From: Geosiphon pyriformis uo1 | Lineage: Eukaryota > Fungi > Glomeromycota | Assembly: GCA_016748015.1 (NCBI GenBank) | Contig: JAAOMT010000386.1 | Coordinates: 78,380 to 131,472 of the forward strand | Reading direction: 5' to 3' | DNA length: 53,093 bases | In this document: positions 38,401-48,985 of the stretch, piece by piece | Position numbering within the stretch: position 1 is the stretch's first letter | How the letters are laid out: every line of letters begins with the position of its first letter | Program-made: the position numbers and the translations under genes | Notes under the pieces: model-generated | What the model saw: only the letters and a program-made list of their open reading frames with translations | What the model was told of the DNA's origin: nothing | The model's database searches: none

Positions 38401-41102
38401 ACAGTGTTCTCAATAAACTTTACCACTACTTGCATAATGCTGAAATGATTTTTGACCTAACAATGACATTGATCAATGGAGCCACCCAAGAAGATGTCCA
38501 CCAAATGAAAAAAGCTGAATACATTGAGTATACCATAGAATTAGCTAGATTTGATTATAAAGATGAAGTAGAAACCTATTACCAAATTGCAAGCCACACA
38601 TACCCGACCCAAGAAGCTCAAATTCAATGATTAAAGCAAATGAACATTCAATTGTGTAAAGAATGCATCATGTCTTGTGATGACAAATGGTGTCCAGAAT
38701 GCTATGCTCTTAGCATTCCCCTGCCAAAGAAAAATGATGAAAATGAAATCGAATTTGGAGTATTTGAACTGGTAAAAGAACTACCAACCACCCTTGTCTA
38801 TCTTCTTAAAAAGCAACTACCTTTACAACTTAAATATTTCGACAACTATGGCCAAAAAATCAGACCAGAAAAAGCACACGAAATTGATGTTAGATATGAT
38901 TTAAGATATCCAGGAAAAGATACTTTGGTTCTTCAACCAAAGTCCTTAACAAAGATTAATCTTAAAATTGTTCTTGAAATTCCACCAGGAGCAATAGTTC
39001 AAATTGCATCCAGATTATCATTGGCAAGCAAAGAAATCAACATTAGAGGAGGAGTCATAGATGCAAGATATACTGGAGACATTACTATCATGTTACAGAA
39101 TAAGACAGACAAACCATTCAGGATTAAACATGCTGAGAAAATTGCCCAAGCAATTTACCTACTCTTAATCAATATTTCGGGTTTACAATCAGTAAAGAAC
39201 AGAGAACAATTGGGAAAAAGTGAAAAAGGAACTCAAGGTTTTGGTTCAACTGGACAATTTACAGTACCAGTAAACATAGCTCTTAATACACAAAATGAAT
39301 CCCACCAGATTCTTCAACTTCCTCAACCAATTACTATTTCATCTTTTGGTAAACATCACGAAATTTACACTTGCTCAAAACCCACCACTACTCAACAAAT
39401 CTTTGAATCCAATGAACAAATCTGTTTGAAGCATGAAATCTTAATCCCAAACGTTTATATTTCTAAAGAAATGAAAAAATTTCAAGTTAGATTCTACAAC
39501 CCCAACAATTATCCTATTGTTCTATTAAATAAATTAGAAATTGGAATCATACATAATAACATCTTCCAAGATGAAAACCCTCAAATTGTCTCTAATTTCA
39601 TCGAAATTATAAGACATACCCTACTTTCAAATCCAAACATCATTCCTACTACTGAAAACTACCACCTTTTGGAAGAAAAACTCTCTTAAATCAACATGGG
39701 TCTCTTAGAATCCCAACAACAAAAACAGTTGAAACAGCTAATAGCTGAATTTGCAGATATCTTTGCAAAGAACAACAATGATCTGGGAAAAACTGACATT
39801 GTTCAATATCAGATTCACACAGGAGATGCTCCACCAAAAAAAACAACAAGCTTATCAAGTGCCACCTGCCAGCCACCAATTCATCAGAAAGAGGTTCAAA
39901 AAATGCTCAATAATGGATTGATTCAACCATCAAGAAGTCCTTGGGCTTCACCAGTAGTTTTAGTTAAAAAGAAAAACGGAAAAATCAGATTTTGTGTTAA
40001 TTATAGACAACAGAATAGTATTACAATTGGAGATGCCTACCCTCTTCCAAGAATTGATGACATGCTAAATGCTCTAGGAAAAGCCAAGTTCTTCTCAAAT
40101 TTAGACTTGGAAAGTGGATACTGGCAAGTCAAAATGGACCCAAAAGATTGACCCAAAACAGCATTTACTACTTAAAGAAGAAACTATGAGTTTAATGTAA
40201 TGTTTTTTGAATTCTGCAATACACCAGCAACATTCCAACAACTCATGGATGTTGTATATGAAAGACTCTTGTGACAGTTAGTAGTTGTCTATCTTGATAA
40301 CACTGATGTATACTCACCAAACTTTGAAGTCCACCTTATCCATCTGTGAGAAGTTTTTTAACGATTATAGAAAGCAGGATTAAAATTGAATATTGAAAAA
40401 TGTCACTTTGGAAAAACAAGCCTAATCTTTTTTGGACACATTGTTAGCAAAGATGGAGTCAAACCAAACCCTAAAACAATTAGTGCTGTCAAAAACTTTT
40501 AAACTCCCAAAAATACCACAGAACTAAGAGGATTTGTAGAGTTAGCCTCCTATTATTGAAAATTTATAAAAAAATTTTCAGAAATTGTCAAACCACTCAA
40601 TTACCTTACCAACAAAAATGTGCCATACAAATAGACTGAAGAACAACAGAAAGCATTTGATACTCTAAAAACAAAATTGACAACAGCCCCAGTTTTTGCT
40701 TACCCAGATTTCAACAAATGGTTTCAACTAGCCACTAATGCTTCACATACAGCATTTGGTGCCATCTTATCACAATTAGATAAAAATGGCCAAGAACAAG
40801 TTATTGCTTATGCCAGCAGAACACTCAAGCCAACAGAACTCAAATATGACTCAACTGAATTAGAAGCGGCTGCAGTCATATGGGCTCTCAAACATTTTTA
40901 ACAATATCTGAAAAATGGAAAAAAATTTGACATTATAACTGACAATATTGGTCTGAAATAGCTCAATAAAAAGAAAACTGAACAAAGTGCTAAACAGTCT
41001 TGATGAAATAATTTTCTAGTAGACTACAAATACATTGTACACCACAAACCAGAAAAACTACACACCAATGTTGATAGCCTCTTAAGAATGAGACAAGATT
41101 AA
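35481..41102 (+). pseudogene. gag-pol polyprotein: N-terminal extension, capsid, CCHC, protease, Cys-rich domain, dUTPase, RT, RNase H
   Basis: ATG at 35481. Capsid SYFLQGTAREWF. Knuckle CYYCEIPEHWKQNC (36909). Protease LILDSESAGS (~37570). dUTPase YDLRYP..QIASRLSLA..GGVIDARYTGDI..KIAQAI..GTQGFGSTG. RT SPWASPVVLV..RFCVNYR..YPLPRID. RNase H FQLATNASHTAFGAILSQ. Stop at 41100-41102. Confidence 0.93.
38830..39270 (+). CDS. dUTPase domain (trimeric type) within pol
   Basis: All five dUTPase motifs are recognisable, some with substitutions, in ORF 38640-39689. Confidence 0.92.
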
Positions 41103-41160
41103 CACTTTCAACAAATCCACCACAAACTCACCAATCTACCAACAAAATAACCAAACAACA

Positions 41161-42542
41161 ATGGATTCCAGAACTTACAACAATCTTAAAAACTATTTGG
41201 AGACTCTTACCATGCCAGAAAATTGGTCTCCAAGTGAAAAACATCGATTACAACACTAATTCAAACAATATTTCATACACCATAACAAAATTTATTACAA
41301 AAATTGCAGAAATCCAAACCAACCACTCAGACTAGTACAAAAGAATAAAAAAAAAAATCTTATACAACATGCACACAGATCTATTTTCAGCATATTTGGG
41401 AAGAGATAGAACAATCTAAAGAACTTTTGAACATTATTTTTGGTTTCATATGCAAAAAGACATTCGACAATACATGGAATTTTGTGACAGTTGTCAAAAA
41501 AAAAAAAAAACTCACCCCACAGAACCTTTAAATCCAATCAAAGTTGGACAACTTTTTAACAAAATTGGAATTGATTTAGTCAGACCACTGTTTATCACAA
41601 CCCAAGAAAATTGTTATATTGTAGTTGTAGTAGATTATCTTACCAAATGGCCTGAAGCTAGAGCCATCTAAAGAACAGATGCAAAATCAGTAGCAAATTT
41701 TATCAATGAAAACATTATTTGTAGACATAGATGTCCAATTGAACTTTTATCTGATCAAGAAACACATTTTGTGAACAACTTGATACAAGAAATTTGTGAA
41801 AGATTCAATGTCAAAAGACCTCTATTATTACCTTATCACCCTCAAACAAATAGACTTATAGAATGTTTCAACAGAACATTGTGTGAATCTCTAGCCAAAG
41901 TCTCAACAAATTTTGAGCAGGAATAGAATATCTTTATTTCATCAGTGTTACTAGCATACAGAACACTAAAACAAGATACTACAAAACACACTATTTGATT
42001 TAACTTATGGAAGGACAGCAACATTACCAATTAATTTTACAGTAGAAACATACTCTGTGCAACCAATTAATAAAGAGAACTTTCAGAAAACACCCCAAAG
42101 AAGGGCCTATACTCTTCTTAGTGCACTGGAAGGAAAAAGAAAGATAGCAGCAACTCACATTGAACATTCTTAAACTCAACAAAAAGAAAGACATGACAAC
42201 AAATTACCATCCATTACCAACGAATTTAAAGTTAGAAATAAAGTTCTCTTACATAGAACTAAGACTAAAAAACAATGGAGTAGAAAATTTGAAAACAAAT
42301 AGAATGGACCATTTTATATTCACAAAATTTTAGACAATAGATCATACAAGTTAAGACTTGATGACAAAGTACTAGCAAAAGTTGCACATGGAGATAGATT
42401 GAAACACTATTACTCCAGAAACAATCCTGAACCATTAATTCCACAAATTGGTATACATTCTCCTTTAATTAATTCTGAAGATATTCCCCAAAATTTAGAA
42501 CCAATAGTCATAATAGAACAACAACCAAACTTGAACATTTAA
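41161..42542 (+). pseudogene. Integrase (separate ORF)
   Basis: ATG GAT TCC AGA.. 58 nt after the pol stop, in a different frame. CDSCQ, IGIDLVRPL..VVVDYLTKWPEA, ELLSDQ, GPFYIHKIL. Confidence 0.9.
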
Positions 42543-42700
42543 TTCAACACAATTTTACAATAATCCTTTTAATAACACATAAAAACAAAAATAGTAAATA
42601 ATTACAAAAACACACAAACTCAAAAACAAATAAAACCTCATATCCAAAAAAAAAAAAAATTTTTTTATTCTTTTTTTTCATTAATTAGTCAATTTTAATC

Positions 42701-43364
42701 ATGATTATTCCCCGAAATATTCAACAAATATCCCAAAAATTAATGTTAGCTTTGAAAACACTTCCTAACTTATCCATAACAATTAATGGAAGTCAAATTA
42801 ATTACATTCAAAAAGAAACCACAGTCCCAATAGTAAATAATTCTCAAAACTACCACTCCTATAGAAGAAAAACAAGAGGTCACTCTGAAAATAGGTTACC
42901 AGAACTTTTGAAGCAAGCACTAAAAGAAAACCTTTTATTTGCCCCTATTGACATTCCACCAAATACCACAATTTAACAAAAACTACTACTATTTCTCAAT
43001 AAACAGAACAAGGAACATACCCTTATATATAAATATTTTTATATTGGAAAAACACTTTATGAATGAAAACTGGAACTTGAAGCAATTAACATCACTTCTA
43101 AGGCTATACAAAAACAAATTCACAATAAATTTAAGACAGCAGCTGAATTAACAAACATTTGCTATAAACTTAAAGCAGTGATTTATTTAACACTTGTGAA
43201 AACGTTTTACAAAATTCAATACTCCAACCAATGAAAGTTCAATACATTGGAAAACTCACAGAACTGAAATTTCAACAATTTTCAGACCAAATCACTTCAA
43301 TTATCTTGGACCACTATCTTAACATCACAGATAGTGCTTGGATTTCGACAGAGCTCAGTCTTGA
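42701..43364 (+). pseudogene. ORF3 of family B (~220 aa, unknown function)
   Basis: MIIPRNIQQISQKLML...KYFYIGKTLY...MKVQYIGKLTELKFQQFSDQITSIIL...FDRAQS*; the stop runs into the PPT GAGGAAGAG. Confidence 0.72.
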
Positions 43365-43375
43365 GGAAGAGATTA

Positions 43376-44328
43376 TGTTACCAGTAGAATTTTAGCTATT
43401 AATTAGCATGAAATTACCCTTATAATTCCTATTATTAATTAGCATATATTATTATTAATTCAATTATCACTTATTATTTAATCAAATTATCAAATATCAT
43501 TACTCAATTAATAATCCGATTTGTACTCTAGAAATTAAGATGATCGAATTACACAATACCCTAAATCTTTTAACATAGTTAAAATTTGCCGAAATTAATG
43601 AAAATTCGCCAAAATAATCAATAGTTTAGTGAAATAACTTGTAAATTTGCCAAAATGTATCTTTAGTTCACCCAAATTGTAGCAAAGAGAAAAGTGCAAG
43701 TTCAAAGACTAGTACTATAACAAATTGTATAAAAGAAGAGCTTCTCTTTTCAAGAAAATGTATCTTCTCATAGTATCTCACTTTAGAATCTTAATTGAAA
43801 CAAATTATCTTTTATATATTCAAATAAAAATTAAATATTCGAAAAACAAATCTTTAAAATTATTACACTTGAAATTTTTTCAACACAACTAATGTTTTGA
43901 AATTGATTAGCTACCAATTTTAATAATCTGTTAGTGACTTCAGGTCTGAATAGAAAACGTTTCCCTTGATAAAATCTTATTTCTTTTATATTTTTTTTAT
44001 TTTTCTTTTCTTTTCTTATCATAATTATTAAGGTAGTCTACAGACAAGATTTCTGTAGAAAAGTTGACTTTCACAGCAAAGTAACTACACATTTTTAGTA
44101 AGCTTCCAGACGAGCAATTTCTGGGAAAGAGTTAACATTTACTACAATGTAACTACACAAAGCAACTGGCATAAAATTGGCCATTCCACTTATAAGCCCA
44201 GCAGTTCAAATTATAGAAGATAATTTGAAGATAAATTCAGTTACTGGAGGTCCAACTACTTCCTGGAAACATGAATTCACAGCAAATCAACAACATTCAA
44301 AAAAAGAGACCAAAAACTTCTGATAACA
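43376..44328 (+). repeat. 3' LTR, family B
   Basis: Direct repeat of 34464-35435, preceded by the PPT. Confidence 0.96.
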
Positions 44329-47115
44329 CTATACAACTCGGAAAGGGAGATAGTTTCATTTGGAAAATCTTTAGGTAGGTTGGCTTTTAGTCTTAAGTCC
44401 TTCCTTAACAATCTGTCTCATTTTTCACACTTACTTAAAGAGGCATGGCTGAACTGCAGCCTGTATCTAATGATAGATTGTAAAACAGCAGACACCAGAT
44501 ATAAAAACTGTTTATTAAATACCACTTTCTTCAAGACCAAATTTATAAAAAACTTAATGTTCAACTGAGCTTTAGCAAGATTAGGTTTTAACAGATCATC
44601 AGTGGATAAAAAAATACTCAAATATCTATAAGACATACCCTTTTTAGCTATTAAAATATTCAAACTACTAATTAGCAAATAGAGCACTTCCACTTTCTAA
44701 TTGATAGGTATAGTGACAGTTTTATCTATATTGATTGAAATATCATTGATCTGAAAAAATTCACTAGCTATGTCCAAAATATGCTGAGTGGCAGACATGC
44801 TATTTCTAATCCAAATAGTGTCATCCATAAAAATACCAACTGCCAAAAAAAAAGTCATGCCACCTCTATAATTTTGCCTACTGATATATGTAAAAAACTT
44901 GAAATCCATCTTGTAACCATAAGAGTCCTCATGTTTCTTAACTTTACAGAGCAAAAAATTATAGAAGATTCTTTACAATAAGGGCAAGAAAACTTCATCT
45001 TGATCCAGTCCATCACAGACAGTATAGCCATCTGTAAGCCCAAAATCCGTCATTATTTGATTAACCTGACCATTATATATACTCTTAAAAAACTTAATAA
45101 AACAGGAACACATCTTAATTCTATTTTTTAAGTAAAACCATTCCAAAGAATCATATGCTTTGCACATGTCTTGAAGAACCAATCATAGTTCTCTGTTCTT
45201 TTTCACAGCATCTTCAATAATAAAATTAATGGCAAATATGAAAGTTTGGGTAGATGTGTCCTTTAGAACTGAAAAATTGTCACCACACAAAACATCAAAA
45301 TCACTATAAATTGAGGAGATTCTATTCGAAAAAATATTTTCCAAGCAGTTTCAATTAAAGCAATTAATCTGGTATTAGTAAGTGTTTCTTTTTAATTATA
45401 TGGCTTAGGTATCATCAAGACTCATATCTTCTTTCAGTGTGCAGGCACAGTTCTTAAACTTATGTACATGTTAATAATATTCAATAAACCACCCAAAATC
45501 TGCTTATTGCCATGTTTTCACAGCTCATTAAGAATATTAGACATGTTAGCAGCTTTCCCATTAGGAAGATTTTTGACTATTTGCAGAAACTCATCAAGCT
45601 TAACATCACACATGACTTTGAAGAATGTATTATCATCAACATAACTTAAGGAAGTATATTAACTGACCCATTGTTCAGACATATGCTCAGGTACTACTTG
45701 CTTTCTCATTCATTTTTTCATAATTAAGTCAACCATAGACCAGATCTTAAGTAGTTTCAGAACCAGTTTGTTATTAACTACTAAGTAATCAAACACTATT
45801 TTTTGGAAAGACTAGTCCAACACACTCTTAATTATCTTGTCTTTATCAAAGCAAAAATTTTCTATATATTTATTTATGGTTTTTCTAATAAAAACATCTT
45901 TGGCAATCTTGAATTTGTGATATTTAGATTTGTGATAATTTTTTTGACTCAAGAAAGTTGACCCATAATCTCATTTAGACAAGTCCTATTGTCAAACATA
46001 ACTTTAATCTTACTAGCTTCTGTCTTATTGATAGCAGTCTAGATGTTAATAAGATAATCAACTCTTGGATCTTGTTTTAAGACCAAACACTTTATAATCT
46101 TAGCCACTAATAATTTCAATTGAAAAAATTTAGATGAAAGTTTATTTCTTGTACAATTAAGCTCCTTGAACCAAAGCTTAAAGAAAGTTTCATTAGCAGT
46201 ACTAGCCACCACTTTCATTAAAATTTCTCACATTGTATTCAAGTTACTACAGCCCTTCACACAATTGAAATCTATAATTTTCTTTAAAAATCTTCTTAAA
46301 AAATACTCTCTAAACTGAGACCACTTATTGTTATCTGTATTTTTAATTCTGAACTTCCATCTGTTTTTATTAGCTTGCCTACATTGATTGTTAAGACAAA
46401 AGTTCAACAAACCACTCAAACTAACTGTGACTGAAACTGTTCTGTAGTTGGTATCAAAAAAATTAGACACCAAATATACCCTATAATTGGCAGTTACAAA
46501 TGCCAGATGCTGGTTCACAAAAATGAAATCAATAACTTTCTTAACTTCCCTAAAATTGCTTCATATATGAGCTTTGACCAAAAAATGTCTATGAAATGAA
46601 TTAATTAAATCTAAATTAACACAAAACTTAAAACTAGCACTTTTCTTTGAGCCATTTTCATTAAAGTCACCACTCAGCACCACAAAAATACTTAAATTGG
46701 TAGTCTTGACAATGAGAAAATTGACACATGACACTTGACTAAATCTTATTTTAGCAGATGCACCAGTATATAAACCCAAGATTAAAATAGACAGTTTTTC
46801 TTTAAACAAAAGTTTTACTAAAATAACCTGACCAGGAATTTTCTCTACTTTAGACACATGCTGCACCAGAAAATTGTTTATAATGATAACCACTTCAGCA
46901 CCAAAGAAGTTTTTATCCAAACCAGATGCAAAAATCCGAATACTATTAAACTTATTCATTATCCATAGCTTAATATTAGACTTCAACTTAGTTTCTGTTA
47001 TAATTGAAATTATATTCCTTAAGTCTTTGTGCCAATAAACAACATTTACTTGTTTGGCAGAAATGTTGATACTCCAAACATTACATGTGGCTATTTTCTA
47101 AACCAATTTATTTAT
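44329..47115 (-). pseudogene. LINE ORF2 5' part (AP endonuclease + RT)
   Basis: ORF fragments 46561-46986 (APE), 44973-45182 and 44697-44954 (RT). Confidence 0.9.
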
Positions 47116-48985
47116 TGAGAGGAAGAGTTAACAGAAGGAACCAAACTAGTACACAACAGATCTAACTTTACCAAAACTAAACCAACAGAGGTCTCAAAAG
47201 CCACCAACTTCAACTCCAAGCTGCCAATCTTGGTAGTCAATATTTTAAAGCTACTTGAACCCAAAATTGAGGTATTAACAATGACTGGAAAAAGAGGTGG
47301 GGACAAAGCTTTCAAGTTATTTAAAACCATATCAAAATCAGCAGCCAATGGACCAACAAAGACACAAAAAAGATAAGAAACAGTCAAGGGTATCAATTCC
47401 ACAAAACTAAGCTTGCAAACAATAGCAGAAATCCAGTCAGCCAAAAGCTCCAAAGAGCATTCCACAGAAGACAAATGAGTGCTTAGAGAAGACTCATTCA
47501 ACAACACAAAAAAAGAGATTCCATTAGAACCCAAAGTATTAATTAAAGAAGAGCCAAAACCAGAACCAGCAAATAAATCATAAGAAACAGATACTGCTAA
47601 AACTACTTGAACCCATAATTTGCCACCAAAGGCAACTGGTCAAGCAATAGAGATATTTTTCTTGGCATACAATCTTGCCAGCTAAAGATAAGTTTCATCA
47701 AAAGAAGATTTTTTAAATGAATTTAAGGTATAGACAGTGGGTGCATTCATCATATTACATTTCAAAGCAGAATGACCAAATCTACCACATTTGCCATATC
47801 AAACCAGATCCAATCTTGTCCAAGATAATTTGACACTACTCAAAATTGGCTCCATGCGAAAAGCAGATTCCAAATCCTTATTAGATTTAAAACCAACAAC
47901 AACACAACAAAACCTGTTGTCAGTGTCTAATAATCAATTTATGATACAGGTTTTCTCACCAGCCTTATCTAATAGAGTGCTTAAATCATGAGCTGTTGTT
48001 TTCACAGGCAAAGTAAACAGCAGTGCCCTAAACTAATTTCTAGAGGCCCAAGTTTCACAATCTTTTATAACCATAGCCATATGTACAGAGTTTTTTCCAA
48101 TTAGGAATGACCAATTTGAAGCTAACTGTTCAGTTTGATCTATCTCTGCAAATTTTATTATAGCTTTTTGTCACATTTCAATTAATTAAATTCTAATTGA
48201 CTTAATCTTACCAAACTTGGTAACTGTAGTGACAATTATTTTTTTAGACATATTCATGAGAATTTTTTTGATCACCACAGCCCAATCTGAATAGATGCTT
48301 TGTCTCTTAAGATTAATGTTTATGACAATCTTTTTCTTCTTAACCAATGACGTGGCCTTATTTATGCTCTCTTTAGAAGTAAATGTTGATCAGATGATCC
48401 CTTCAAATTTTAAGGGGATAGTGGCCCTCTCAAAACCATTGACTACTAAAAATAATTTTCTAATCACCTGAATTTTTACCATTACTGATTTGTTTTCCAC
48501 TGCTAAAAGATTAATGTCCAAAACAAATGACTTCTTAACAACAACTTCTATCTGAGTCTTTATAATTTTTGGGTCAATCCATTTCTTATTTAAAGAAATT
48601 GGGAAGTGAAGAGAAAGAGAGACTTTTTTATCATTATCCATAACAAAATTAAGAGATTCAAGTGGAGAACCAAAAACAGTACCAATATTGATATGCTTTG
48701 TTTTAGGAATATTGGCAGCCAAATTCAGAAGAAATCTAACATTAATGCCAGTCATATTAGCACTTTCTTTATTATCAGACAGACTATTCACATCAGAGAA
48801 CATATTGTCACCAAGTTCATACTTGTTTAGAGAAATATTTTTTTTATTACCTGAGTGTTTGATATTTTCAAGCACAACTTTTTTCTTCTATAAGAAGAAG
48901 CTACCTACAAAACCATGAAAAGCACCTTTTGGTGCTTTTTTTTAAACATATTGCTACTAAAAGCAGTTTTTAAGTTCACAAAAAA
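47112..48985 (-). pseudogene. LINE ORF1
   Basis: ORF fragments 48390-48875 and 47112-47534; Cys/His knuckle; C-terminal heptad-like segments. The start is approximate. Confidence 0.78.

Larger units (their letters stand above)
34464..44328 (+). mobile_element. Full-length Ty3/gypsy LTR retrotransposon, family B (9865 bp), mutationally inactivated
   Basis: LTRs at 34464-35435 and 43376-44328 (TGTTAC..TAACA), PBS, PPT and a 4-bp TSD (CCAT/CTAT). Inserted in LINE ORF2. Confidence 0.96.

Noticed and set aside
35481-42542. Alternative genetic code or programmed readthrough explaining the many stops
   Set aside because: Most stops differ in position between copies and derive from CAA/CAG/CGA/TGG transitions.
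42701-43364. env gene
   Set aside because: No evident signal peptide, furin site or transmembrane anchor, and too short.
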